A stretch of 64,000 bases of DNA, from positions 64,001 through 128,000 of the forward strand of contig JAGSHN010000020.1 of the NCBI GenBank assembly GCA_029855935.1, given 5' to 3'. This stretch comes from Candidatus Thorarchaeota archaeon (GTDB lineage: Archaea; Asgardarchaeota; Thorarchaeia; Thorarchaeales; Thorarchaeaceae). Below, one piece after another: positions 9,497-19,653 of the stretch (positions are counted from its first letter, which is position 1; the number at the start of each line of letters is the position of its first letter). The notes under the pieces are model-generated. The model ran no database searches and was not told the DNA's origin. It worked only from the letters and a program-made list of their open reading frames with translations. Both the position numbers and the translations under genes were made by a program.

Positions 9497-11125
9497 GTGC
9501 TTGAGTATAGAGAGTTCCCGACAAGAAAGGCAATCAGTCACATCGCATTTGCACCGCTGTACGCACTTCTCATCAGGGTCATCTCGCTGGTCACTCAGGG
9601 CCGGCTCTTTCCCGGCCTCTCCTTGCAGCAACATCTGGTATTCTTGGCTCTGGGGATTGCGGCCGCTGCACTGACACTGGCAGTGACACCGCTATTGATC
9701 CCCAGGCTCCGATCTCTCTACGTGATGATGGCCGCTGTGGGCCTGTTCGTATCCGTGAGTCATGCCGTCCTTCATCTGATCACATTGCCGCCCGACCTCA
9801 CTTGGTACTACCGTGCGTATGTTGTCGTCTCGGCCTTCGGCGGACTCGTTCTCGTGATGAACGCCCAGACCGTGGGACTCAATGAGACAGTTGTGATCAG
9901 ATATCGCGGCAGAATTGTCGGCCTGCTCTTCGCTCTGACACTCACGCTACTCTTCGTCTACTCTGCTCTCGACCAGCTCGGACCCGACGGACTGCTCGAC
10001 GGCATCAGCATTCGAGAGGCCGTGGCAATGGTCGGGATCATCGTGAGCGCTGTGGGGGCACCTTGGCGCTGGAAACGACACCCGCTAACGGTTGCCGAGG
10101 ACGTGCAGAGCTACGTCCTTCCGACTCTCTTCATTCTCGTCTCGTATTTCTTGTGGTATCAGGCGACAATGCTCAACATAAGGGACATCTTCGAGCTCGC
10201 GGGGGAGACCTTCATCTCGCTCGGTGAGTTCTCGGGCCTTGCGATGTACGAGCCTCTGTTTCTCGCCCTTGGTGTTGTAGTCGCAGGGCTTCTCGCCGAC
10301 CTAAAGGGAAGAAAGAGAGCCTTTGACCTGCTCGTCTTGATGATGGGGATGATGGCAATCTTCAGCACGACCCTCTATGGTATCGAGAGCGTCGAGATCA
10401 CACCCGGGACGTATGAGATTCGCGTCATCCTCAACGCGCCAGCGCTGCTCGTCATTGAGAGATTCATAGAGGGCTACATGCTGTGCCTGTTCGTCATGCT
10501 CATCTGGTCCGAGGTAGGATCACCAAAGACGAGATCGAAGAGAATCGCGATGGTCTGGTCCTTCCTTCTGGCGTATATGACAGCCTTCTGGGTGCTAGGC
10601 ATAGGAGCGTTCGGCATCCAACCACCCTTTGCGATAGCGCTGTACGGACGCGAGTTCGCCATCCTCACGGCGCTCGTGGGTCTGTATCTGAGTGCCAATG
10701 TACCAGAGGTGCTGGGAAGGGAGGTGGAACTGGAGTCCCTCTCCCTCGACTTTGACGAAGAACTGGTGGAGGACACTGTCGAGGCACTGGTGGGCTCTGA
10801 CGAGTTCGAGTCAATTCTCAGCCAGCTTGAGGTGATGAACGGAACAATCGAGACCCCTGACGGACCTGTCAACGTTATGGGTGAGGAGTTCGACAAGTAC
10901 CTCCCGCTCCGCGCGATTCCCGGCATAGGCGTCAGGATGGAAGAACGCCTCAAGAGAGCCGGGTATGCCAGTGCCGTGCAACTAGCAGGTGAAACTCCGG
11001 CTCGGCTTGCAGCCAAGATTGACGGCCTGACCAGACAGAGAGCGTCGAAGATTCTGGCGGCCACTCGGAAGGCAGTCAAGGAGACGCTTCAGCGCCTTGA
11101 GAGGGGGGACGGGTCGCAAGTCTAG
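9497..11125 (+). CDS. MFS-like polytopic membrane protein with C-terminal helix-hairpin-helix domain
   Basis: About 12 TM; GLLADLKGRKR resembles MFS motif A; acidic linker; LRAIPGIGVRMEERLKRAGY HhH. The probable start is GTG 9497 after GGTGA; the ORF track start at 9281 overlaps the divergent gene. Confidence 0.7.
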   Translation: MLEYREFPTRKAISHIAFAPLYALLIRVISLVTQGRLFPGLSLQQHLVFLALGIAAAALTLAVTPLLIPRLRSLYVMMAAVGLFVSVSHAVLHLITLPPDLTWYYRAYVVVSAFGGLVLVMNAQTVGLNETVVIRYRGRIVGLLFALTLTLLFVYSALDQLGPDGLLDGISIREAVAMVGIIVSAVGAPWRWKRHPLTVAEDVQSYVLPTLFILVSYFLWYQATMLNIRDIFELAGETFISLGEFSGLAMYEPLFLALGVVVAGLLADLKGRKRAFDLLVLMMGMMAIFSTTLYGIESVEITPGTYEIRVILNAPALLVIERFIEGYMLCLFVMLIWSEVGSPKTRSKRIAMVWSFLLAYMTAFWVLGIGAFGIQPPFAIALYGREFAILTALVGLYLSANVPEVLGREVELESLSLDFDEELVEDTVEALVGSDEFESILSQLEVMNGTIETPDGPVNVMGEEFDKYLPLRAIPGIGVRMEERLKRAGYASAVQLAGETPARLAAKIDGLTRQRASKILAATRKAVKETLQRLERGDGSQV

Positions 11126-11997
11126 TCATTCGGGCCGCCGCTGAACAGTGTTCTACGCTCCGAGATCTCGCCAGTCTTGCGATGGGGAGTCCTTGCAACA
11201 GTACCATGTGCCTTCTCCATCTCTCTGGCGGCGTCGGCCAACAGTGCGGCCGTGCGAAGCATCTCGTGAGCCCCAGCCACCATCAAGAGATACCTGTGAC
11301 GTTCCGCGACCTTGAAGCATGCCTGACTGGTGATAGGCGCAATCGCCTCGCAGATCTTGATTGCTGCATACGCCTTGGCCGCTGCGTATGGGTTCGTGAA
11401 GCCACCTGCCTTGACAACACGCTCGGCAGACACTTTCTCTGCGGGGAGGGAGATGTCCTGTCTTGCCCGCACCACGGAGATAGCCTCGTCAATCACACGC
11501 TGGAGGAACCTGACCAGTCCACAGGCGGAGAAGACCTTCAGCACGTCGGCGTTGAACAGTGTCATCTCGGTCGCGTCTAGGAACTCGGGCTTTGCTCCTA
11601 TCATCGGGTCCATAGGTAGCACGACGTACCCCTGCTTGTCAAGAACAGTACTGACTCTCTTGCCATCGGCATTCTTTCTCACGAAAGCCCTCAACCCGGG
11701 GCCGTCCGTTATGTTCAGGGCAGGAACGCCACTATCGTGCAGACGCGTCCGCACCAGGGTTGGTCCAGGAAGGGCAGCATTGGGACTCACCACCACGCAC
11801 AGGTCAGGTCCCCAGCCTATGGCAGTCTCGACGACGCCCTCGCAGTGCTCGGGCTCCATATGCGCCCCGGTGGAGAGGGACCTCACCTCTATGTCAGTGC
11901 GCGTTGCCCGTTCGTCCACTATGAGGTCTATGAGAGGAAGTGAGCCGATACAGCCCAGCTTCAGGAATGCAACTCTAGTCGGGAGTCCTGTCGTCAA
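11122..11997 (-). CDS. mtd: F420-dependent methylene-tetrahydromethanopterin dehydrogenase
   Basis: KLGCIG...DERATR, GAHMEP, SPNAALPGP, DPMIGAKPEFLDATEMTLFNAD, FTNPYAAAKA, CF, AHEMLR.AA.LA..ARE.EK. Confidence 0.92.
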   Translation of the reverse strand: MTTGLPTRVAFLKLGCIGSLPLIDLIVDERATRTDIEVRSLSTGAHMEPEHCEGVVETAIGWGPDLCVVVSPNAALPGPTLVRTRLHDSGVPALNITDGPGLRAFVRKNADGKRVSTVLDKQGYVVLPMDPMIGAKPEFLDATEMTLFNADVLKVFSACGLVRFLQRVIDEAISVVRARQDISLPAEKVSAERVVKAGGFTNPYAAAKAYAAIKICEAIAPITSQACFKVAERHRYLLMVAGAHEMLRTAALLADAAREMEKAHGTVARTPHRKTGEISERRTLFSGGPND

Positions 11998-12081
11998 TGC
12001 TCAGACCTGTAGTCTCGTCAGGAGGGATTATTGAAAACGCTTGTGGTCGACAGGCCACCGCACTGTGAGACCAAGCCAATC

Positions 12082-13023
12082 CTACTGCGTCTTCTCGGGC
12101 TTGCGCCACGAGGGGTTGAGGTGGTACGCAAGACCCGTCCCTGAGAGGAGGTCAAGAGCCGACAGCTCGCGAGCACAGGAGGCACAACGGAGGGTCACCC
12201 TGGGCTCGGGGGTCGCGGTGGAGCAGTCGTTGCAGAGCACCTCAATATCCAGTACTCTGATGCTGTCCACCGGGATAGGCCTTCTGCAGCCGGGGCAGGA
12301 TATCTCCTCGGTCTCGTCAACAATGACGCTCTTGAATGTCTTCCCACAGTGGGGGCAGTGAACGCCATAGACAACATATAGATTGAAGGAGCCGCACGAG
12401 GGACATCTCAGGTCGAGAATCATCTCGGTACTAGAGCACCTTGTGCACACAAACCTACGTCCCCGGCTCCGCGCAACGAGAATTCCTGCCGCAACAAGGT
12501 CCTGAAGCGTACGGTTGACCTCCTCGTCATCGCCAGGGAGGTAGCCCGCTGCGTCGGGATACTTATCAACTCCCTTGAACACGTGGTTCGGGCTCAACAG
12601 TGGGACTAGTCCGTCTTCCATTGCCTCAATGAGCCGCCGCACGCCCTTGCGTGCCAAGAGTTCGGCACGATCTGTCTGCCTCATCAGTTCTTGCAGCCGC
12701 TCGAAGGCCCTGGCAATCTCAGTGTCCCACTGTGTACTCTCAAGGTCCATCTCGTGGACGAGACGTAGCAGGTTTCTCTCAACGCGAGCCGGGTCGTCGT
12801 TGTCATCGAGAAGAACAGCGAGACAGTTGGGCTTGATCAGAACAGAGACCACAAGACCCCTGCACAGATTCGTATACCCAATCCGTGACTCCTGATGAAT
12901 GCCGTGGCCCATGAAGATTCTGAGGGCCTCCTCGCTCGTGATAGATGCACCCTCTGGCCATGACCGCCCAATCAAAGGGCCAAGGTTATCGTCCCACCAG
13001 ATGGAGTGCATCTCCCGAGGCAT
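12082..13023 (-). CDS. Longin/uDENN-like N-terminus fused to wHTH and a multi-Zn-ribbon (TackOD1-like) domain
   Basis: WDDNLGPLIGRSWP opening motif; YP...LQDLVAAGIL wHTH; six CxxC pairs (CTRC, CPSC, CPHC, CPGC, CNDC, CASC). Confidence 0.6.
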   Translation of the reverse strand: MPREMHSIWWDDNLGPLIGRSWPEGASITSEEALRIFMGHGIHQESRIGYTNLCRGLVVSVLIKPNCLAVLLDDNDDPARVERNLLRLVHEMDLESTQWDTEIARAFERLQELMRQTDRAELLARKGVRRLIEAMEDGLVPLLSPNHVFKGVDKYPDAAGYLPGDDEEVNRTLQDLVAAGILVARSRGRRFVCTRCSSTEMILDLRCPSCGSFNLYVVYGVHCPHCGKTFKSVIVDETEEISCPGCRRPIPVDSIRVLDIEVLCNDCSTATPEPRVTLRCASCARELSALDLLSGTGLAYHLNPSWRKPEKTQ

Positions 13024-13206
13024 GCGTTTGACCTCCTACAGACATGTGACGTGCATAGAAGCGATGGGACTTAAGACCATATTGTGCACGTATCACGTGG
13101 TGAGGACTGTCATATCACAGTCCCTTCGCTACTCTGACCGCAGAGTTTATCTTTGTTCGGACGGAGCGGGGCCAAACGCACGCCTACTAGTTGTGGTGGA
13201 GAGGTC

Positions 13207-13902
13207 TTGAACGGAGAAACAGTGGTAGACCTACGTTCTGTGACAAAGACCTACACGATGGGAGATGTCGAGGTACACGCGCTCAGAGGGGTCGACCTCA
13301 GGGTAGACCGAGGCGACAGGCTCGCGATAATGGGACCATCGGGCTCGGGGAAGACCACACTTCTGAACCTGATCGGGGCACTCGACAGGCCCACCTCAGG
13401 GAAGGTAATCATTGGAGGGACTGACATCACCACCCTCGATGAAAGGGCCCTGACGCAGATCAGGAGAGAGAAGATCAGTTTCATCTTCCAGTTCTTTAAT
13501 CTGATCCCGGTCCTCACTGCCTACGAGAATATCGAGGTGCCACTCATCATCGCCAATGTCGAGGAAGACAGACGCAGGGAGATTGTAAATGACCTGCTAT
13601 TGCTACTTGGCCTTGAAGACAGGGCGGACCACCTCCCCGACGAGCTCTCGGGGGGTGAACAGCAGCGCGTTGCCATTGCACGTGCGCTCGCAAAGGCTAG
13701 ATGGAGTCAGCATCCCGTGATCATCTTGGCTGACGAGCCGACGGGTGATCTTGACACAACCACCGGCGAGGAGGTCGTAAGGGCGCTTCTGGATGCCGTG
13801 GAGCACGAACACAGCACTCTGATACTCGTCACGCACGATCCCGAGGTGGCGGCCAAGATGGATCACACACTTGAGATTCGTGACGGCCGTGTGACCACCT
13901 AG
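13207..13902 (+). CDS. ABC transporter ATP-binding subunit (LolD/MacB type)
   Basis: GPSGSGKT, FQFFNL, LSGGEQQRVAIARAL, ADEPTGDLD, VTHD. Probable start TTG 13207. Confidence 0.95.
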   Translation: MNGETVVDLRSVTKTYTMGDVEVHALRGVDLRVDRGDRLAIMGPSGSGKTTLLNLIGALDRPTSGKVIIGGTDITTLDERALTQIRREKISFIFQFFNLIPVLTAYENIEVPLIIANVEEDRRREIVNDLLLLLGLEDRADHLPDELSGGEQQRVAIARALAKARWSQHPVIILADEPTGDLDTTTGEEVVRALLDAVEHEHSTLILVTHDPEVAAKMDHTLEIRDGRVTT

Positions 13903-13918
13903 GGGAGGGAGTGAGGGG

Positions 13919-16840
13919 TTGAGCATCGTCACCGGGGAGTATGAGGCGTTCCACAACCTACGCAGAAAGGGCATCACGTTGCTATGCTTGGCTCTTGCTG
14001 CATCGCTCACAACTGGGATAGCAGTCTTCGTCGACTCGGCAGGATACTACAGATGGTCTGAGTTCATCGATAGTCGACCGGTTGCGATTCATCTCTACGG
14101 AATAGGCTTGGCCGAGCACGTCACGGACATCAGACAGGTCGATCACGTCGAGCGCGTGGCTGTGGCCTACTACGGTTGGGTCACAACGTACGTGAACAGT
14201 TCGACCCTCCATCCTGTGGAACCGAGCAGCGTGCGCCTGCAGCGTACGTGGCTAGCAAGACCCGGCCACAAGGCGCAGCAGATCAACTTCACAGAATGGC
14301 ACGGGGTCGATCTCGACGCTATGTCTGTTGGCCCGGACTTCTATCAGGCCTTCCCTCAGTTGTTCAAGAGAATCACGGGCCGGTTGCCTGCCAATGAAAC
14401 AGAGGTGGCGGTCAGTGAGGATGTCTCCTCGTGGCTCAATGTGAGTATCGGCGAGAGAGTTGGGATTGCCCCCTTCGGTACAGCCTACTCGTCTCAGTCC
14501 TCTGGCGCCTCAGCCAGCAGTGTCGCCAACGACTCTGCAGGAGGTCTTCAGGCAGACGGAGAAGACATAGCTCTTGCTACTATCGTCGGAATCTACACAC
14601 CCGTCTCGGCAGACAACTTCTTGTTCGCCCCGCTGACGACGCAGATGATTATTGGGCTTCCCGCGTTGGCGAACCACGGAGACGAGATGCTGTACATAGA
14701 GATAGACCGCAGACCTCTGACTCCAGCCAACGTCCCCGCCTCACTAGAATATCTGACCTCTGTCGAGACCGACATACTCAGGACGATCGATCCATATTAT
14801 GTCCCAGGCTCTTCGTACGAGCCCTGTTCTGTTGACAACCTGCTCGCGGATGGCGTGATTGAGTACAAACACTGGCTCGACTCGACGAGACTCACACAGG
14901 TCTTCAACTCTGGTGGGGAGCTCCTGATGGTCATCTTGGTAGTGGTGATGGCTGTCAGATACAACATCAATGATCGCCGTCCGGAGATAGAGGTCCTCCG
15001 TGCCAGAGGCGCGTCGCAGAGGACAATCAACCTGAGGATATTCAAAGAGTTCGTCGCCCTATCAGTGCTGGCCACCGTATTGGGCCTCATCGGCGGAATT
15101 GGTGCCAGCAGGATATCGATGGCAAGCCGCGGCTACCTTGTCGTCGACCCCTCAAGACTGCTCACCGAGCCTCTGATAGTGAGCATTGACTCGCTCCTGT
15201 TCAGCATTGTCATGAGCTCCCTCATGCTCTTCGCGTCAGGCATAGTCTATCAACGGGCCTTTGCACGACCTAGGCGTCAGACGAGGAAGGGACTTGTCGT
15301 CCGAATAGGCAAGCTCCTCACGATGATCAGATGGGAGTTCGTGACAATCATTCTCTCGGTCCTGTTGTTGTGGAGCCTCTATTCCAGCGGGGGCACTGTG
15401 ATGGCCTCTTCCGTTGTCGGGGTCTTCGCGAGGATGGCCCTCACTTTCGCTCCTCTGGCCATCTTCCTCGCAGTGGGCAGCCTGTTCAGCAAATGGCTCC
15501 GGAGAGGGGCAATGACGTTCTCTCGTCGCGGGACACGAGTCTTCGGACCACTTCCGGCACGTGTCGGCATCCGCAGGCCCGGCCGAAGGACGTCATCGGC
15601 CGCGCTGGTGACAATTGTCATTGTCTTCGCTATTGGTCTCACTTGGACAAACCTGACCGTCGCAGCATCACTCCCCGCGACGAAGGAGGCTCAGGCGCGC
15701 TACACCTTCTGCTCGGATATCCTGTTTCACCTAGAGTACGGTCAGTCCGAATTCTGGCCTCGGTTGATGGAGAACCTGAGTGCAATTGACAGTGTCCGGG
15801 CGTGGAGCCTCTCGTCGCACCTCTATCTCGAACTCTCAAACTACGAGATATACCGATTCGTTGGTCTCAACGCGTCGGAGATGATGCAGATTGGATATGA
15901 CTACCTTGGGCGACCGATACGCGAGAGCCCCGTTGCTCAGGCGCTCCAGCAACTTCAAGCAAGGCAGGCTGGCGCAATCATCACCAAGTCCATAGCAGAG
16001 ACATACGGCTTGTCGGAGGGAGATGCGATAAGAGCCTTCATACGGAGAGGTGGTGACAACGCCACGATCGTGACGTTTGTCGTGGTCGGCATCATGGAGG
16101 CCCTCTCACCCATTGGGATGGTGGACACTGGCACGACTGGCATGGGCTACTACTACTGGCTGGGAGAGGTCGGCTACGATGTGGTCTGGGTCAATGAGGC
16201 CTATCTCGACCTGTTCTTCGCACCCGAGGAGAGATCTTGGTCGCTGACGGTCGGCCTCGCGCCGCGCACAAACTCCACACAAGTCGGCGAGAGCATACTG
16301 GAACAAGGCGGAGGTGCCGCTCTGTCAGATCCGCCCTACTCCGATGTCACATCTGAGGTGGCCGGCTTTCTCCATCAGGAGGCCTATGAGATCACGCAGT
16401 CCGTCGACACCCTGCTAACAGTGATGTCGATTCTGACCGTCCCTGTTGTGTTTGTCCTGTACGCATCTGAGAACATAGGACACCGCCGGAGGGAGATTGC
16501 TCTGCTCCGAGCTGCAGGGGTGACGAGAGGTGAAGTGCTGAAGATCGAGGCGACGGAGATGGCCTTTCTGACGTTGATGGCCACACTGTTGCTTCTGGTC
16601 ATAGGGCCGATCATAGTCTCCAACGCGCTTCTCACCGTGCACACAACGAGCTACTCGTACCATTTTGTGGTCATTCCTGTCTTTCCGGTCGTCCTTCTTG
16701 CAGCCGTCTATCTCCTCTTCTTGGTAGCGGCATTCTTCTTTGCCTTCTTGGTCGCCTGCTTCAGCACACGAATCAGACTTGCGGAGGCACTGAACGCGAG
16801 CTGGACCGAGTCCGGTCCGTTTGGAAGAGGTGAAGAGTGA
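13919..16840 (+). CDS. FtsX/MacB-like ABC permease (duplicated architecture)
   Basis: Two extracytoplasmic domains, each followed by TMs; RRPEIEVLRARGAS and RRREIALLRAAG motifs. Confidence 0.9.
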   Translation: MSIVTGEYEAFHNLRRKGITLLCLALAASLTTGIAVFVDSAGYYRWSEFIDSRPVAIHLYGIGLAEHVTDIRQVDHVERVAVAYYGWVTTYVNSSTLHPVEPSSVRLQRTWLARPGHKAQQINFTEWHGVDLDAMSVGPDFYQAFPQLFKRITGRLPANETEVAVSEDVSSWLNVSIGERVGIAPFGTAYSSQSSGASASSVANDSAGGLQADGEDIALATIVGIYTPVSADNFLFAPLTTQMIIGLPALANHGDEMLYIEIDRRPLTPANVPASLEYLTSVETDILRTIDPYYVPGSSYEPCSVDNLLADGVIEYKHWLDSTRLTQVFNSGGELLMVILVVVMAVRYNINDRRPEIEVLRARGASQRTINLRIFKEFVALSVLATVLGLIGGIGASRISMASRGYLVVDPSRLLTEPLIVSIDSLLFSIVMSSLMLFASGIVYQRAFARPRRQTRKGLVVRIGKLLTMIRWEFVTIILSVLLLWSLYSSGGTVMASSVVGVFARMALTFAPLAIFLAVGSLFSKWLRRGAMTFSRRGTRVFGPLPARVGIRRPGRRTSSAALVTIVIVFAIGLTWTNLTVAASLPATKEAQARYTFCSDILFHLEYGQSEFWPRLMENLSAIDSVRAWSLSSHLYLELSNYEIYRFVGLNASEMMQIGYDYLGRPIRESPVAQALQQLQARQAGAIITKSIAETYGLSEGDAIRAFIRRGGDNATIVTFVVVGIMEALSPIGMVDTGTTGMGYYYWLGEVGYDVVWVNEAYLDLFFAPEERSWSLTVGLAPRTNSTQVGESILEQGGGAALSDPPYSDVTSEVAGFLHQEAYEITQSVDTLLTVMSILTVPVVFVLYASENIGHRRREIALLRAAGVTRGEVLKIEATEMAFLTLMATLLLLVIGPIIVSNALLTVHTTSYSYHFVVIPVFPVVLLAAVYLLFLVAAFFFAFLVACFSTRIRLAEALNASWTESGPFGRGEE

Positions 16841-19647
16841 TGTTCCTATTCTCTCAGCTCAGGCACGCCCCTGCCTATCTCGTCCTGACAATCGTTGTGT
16901 TCTCCATGTCGACGGGCATACTCGGCGCCGTGATGTTCTACAGCGAGTCGGCTGCGCCCCACGTTCTTGACGAGTTTCTCGACTCGGTACCGGTTGATAT
17001 GATGGCCTCCGTGACTCCTCTATTCTACGCTCAGCACAACATCTCCAGACAGGATGTTGTTGACACGTTGCTGGCACAGGATCTCATCACGAACGTCACA
17101 CAGATCTGCGACATCTACAGACTCGACTGGGAGAGCACTGACCCGCGATTCGTAGAGCTCTACTACGTCGGCGTCACACAGGAGTTTCTGGAGATGTTCC
17201 CGAGGGCGGTCACCCCAGATTCGACCAGTCTACCGCTTGACTCCAACTCGTGCTGGGTGAACCCCGAGTACCTCGAGTACTTGGGTCTCAGAATAGGCGA
17301 CAACCTCACAATCTCCGCAGGTGTGTGGCAGGAGGGCCTGCCAATCATCATCAACAAGACCTTGACGATTGTCGGGACCTTCAGCTCACAACTCTTCACT
17401 CTTCAGAGGCTTGGAATGCCTTGGGGCTCGGAGCCCGTGAAGGTCTTGACAACGTATGATGCTCTCAACAGCACGTTCGGGGCATACAAGGGACTCTTTC
17501 ACTCTGGAGGAGATTTCAACGAGCACTTTGTCGCTTCAGTGAGCCATGACGCTCTCCGAGGGAGAGACCCGTATGAGAGCTTGGAGGCACTTTCTGACCT
17601 CTCGAAACGGGTTGAGCAGGCCTTGAGTCCGTACATAATAATCACCGGTCTCGGATATCAGCTGATGGTGGCCCTTGACAACTATGCGCAGTGGCTCGCG
17701 GCAATGCGTCTCATCGCCATTGCCTTCTCTGTCCCAACGGTGATAATGGGCCTGATGCTGATCTACTATGACTCCGAACTCAGAATCGACCTCATCAGAA
17801 GGGACTCAGCCGTACTGAGGACACGAGGGGCCTCCACAGGACAGGTCATCCGATGGGTACTGGGACGCGCCCTTCTGACGGCGATATTGGGGAGCGCAGG
17901 TGCCGTGTTCGTGGGCATTGCTGGCTCCCTCGTTGGCAGTTCCACAAGGACTTTCCTCTCTCTCGACCTCTCCGCACTTGGTGTGATGCCGGTGCTGGTC
18001 ACACCGAACATCGTGTCATTCGTATTCGTATTCACGCTCATCGTGGGCCTAGTAGTATCGTTCAGTACAATCTATCGCGTCCTTGTGATCAGTGTTGCCG
18101 AGGCACATCAGACGGTGATTGCGGAGATCACGAACGAACGTGAGAAGCAGACCAATTGGCATAGTGACTTTGCTCTGTTCGTGTGCGCCTCCTACGTGCT
18201 CATCCCACTTCTCTTCATATCAGCCTACATTGTCGGTGCAGCAACTTCAACAATGCTGATAGTGGTCTTGGCTCTTGCAATATGGTCACTCGCAAGGCTG
18301 CTGGGGCGGGTGACCTCACGTGTCAAGCGGGGTCTCCTCTCAAGGCTGGCCAGAGCAAAGGCATGGATCCCCCTGCGGGTGCTGTCCGGTCACGCGCGTC
18401 TCGCGCCCCGAAGAGAGCTGATTGCATTCATATTTGGGGTAATGGTCTTTGCGGCTGGAACGTTGTCAGCGGTGGCAGCAACCACTGGGCACGAGCACGT
18501 CAACCAGCTTCATCGCTTCAATGTCGGAGCAGACATCGTAGTCACAATCTCGCCTCTGGCTCAGAATGTCACAACGTCCTTTGCCGACAATCTGACGGCA
18601 ATCGAGGGCGTGGCTGGCGCGACACCTTTCCTCTCGGCATCCGGCAGGGTCTCCTACATTGAGAAGTCGATCTCTGGCCTCACGATACGCAGCGAGAGAA
18701 ACGTACAGATCTTCGGGATTGATCCGACCACGTGGAAACAGAACGTCTTCTGGCTGCCCTATTTCTCGTACCGAGGCACCGTCGATGAGGTCCTGAATAT
18801 GATGGCCCACGACAACTCCACTGTGATGGCCTCGTTCCTACCCATCGTTGATTGGCAGCAGGGACTTCTGTCATCGATCCCAATCTACGGAGAGGACATC
18901 TCTGTGACAATCAGAGCGAATGCCTGGGACAACTCGTCATCCTGTAAGGCGCGTGATGCTCTCGCGGACCTGAGCACGTACCGTCCGTACTTTCCGGGCG
19001 AGCCCCTCGCCGAGGACTTCGTCGTGATGAATATCGTCTACGTTCAAGCGTGTCTGCGTTCGGACACTGTGACAAAGTTCTATGTCCGCACAGAGGAGGG
19101 CGCAAATGCCACCCGGGTGGTCGAGAGGATACGCAATGCTGCGCCGGAGGTGATTGCCTCAATCGAGTCGAGCGATGTGGAGATTGCGCGGACAACGAGC
19201 TCAACATCAGGCAGAGTGATGTATGGTGTCTATACGTTGAATGTCCTCTTTGCAATTCTATTTCTGACAGCTGGTTCCGCAATAGTGGCGGTGGCCAACG
19301 GTGCACGAATGCGGCGTTCATTCACAATTCTCCGAGCCGAGGGGATGAACCCCGGCCCAATAGCCCGTGACACTGCCATTGACGCGGCTGTGACAACGAT
19401 GTTGTCAGCAGTCACTGGTTCTCTGATCGGGTTGCTATTTGGATACATCGCGGCACGAATACCGTTGCTATATACTGGGTCATCGGCGATAGACTGGCTA
19501 CGTCTGCCAGTCATCCTAGAGGTGCCAGTGGGGTTGCTGAGTGCTATCTTCGCTCTCGCGCTTTCTGTGGTGATTGTCAGCACCGTGGCCGTGACCCTGC
19601 GTGGCCTGAGGAGGAACATCGCGGCTGAGATTCAATATACGGAGTGA
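16837..19647 (+). CDS. FtsX/MacB-like ABC permease (second subunit)
   Basis: RRDSAVLRTRGAS, VGADIVV, RRSFTILRAEG; 4-bp overlap with the upstream permease. Confidence 0.9.
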   Translation: MMFLFSQLRHAPAYLVLTIVVFSMSTGILGAVMFYSESAAPHVLDEFLDSVPVDMMASVTPLFYAQHNISRQDVVDTLLAQDLITNVTQICDIYRLDWESTDPRFVELYYVGVTQEFLEMFPRAVTPDSTSLPLDSNSCWVNPEYLEYLGLRIGDNLTISAGVWQEGLPIIINKTLTIVGTFSSQLFTLQRLGMPWGSEPVKVLTTYDALNSTFGAYKGLFHSGGDFNEHFVASVSHDALRGRDPYESLEALSDLSKRVEQALSPYIIITGLGYQLMVALDNYAQWLAAMRLIAIAFSVPTVIMGLMLIYYDSELRIDLIRRDSAVLRTRGASTGQVIRWVLGRALLTAILGSAGAVFVGIAGSLVGSSTRTFLSLDLSALGVMPVLVTPNIVSFVFVFTLIVGLVVSFSTIYRVLVISVAEAHQTVIAEITNEREKQTNWHSDFALFVCASYVLIPLLFISAYIVGAATSTMLIVVLALAIWSLARLLGRVTSRVKRGLLSRLARAKAWIPLRVLSGHARLAPRRELIAFIFGVMVFAAGTLSAVAATTGHEHVNQLHRFNVGADIVVTISPLAQNVTTSFADNLTAIEGVAGATPFLSASGRVSYIEKSISGLTIRSERNVQIFGIDPTTWKQNVFWLPYFSYRGTVDEVLNMMAHDNSTVMASFLPIVDWQQGLLSSIPIYGEDISVTIRANAWDNSSSCKARDALADLSTYRPYFPGEPLAEDFVVMNIVYVQACLRSDTVTKFYVRTEEGANATRVVERIRNAAPEVIASIESSDVEIARTTSSTSGRVMYGVYTLNVLFAILFLTAGSAIVAVANGARMRRSFTILRAEGMNPGPIARDTAIDAAVTTMLSAVTGSLIGLLFGYIAARIPLLYTGSSAIDWLRLPVILEVPVGLLSAIFALALSVVIVSTVAVTLRGLRRNIAAEIQYTE

Positions 19648-19653
19648 GATGAG

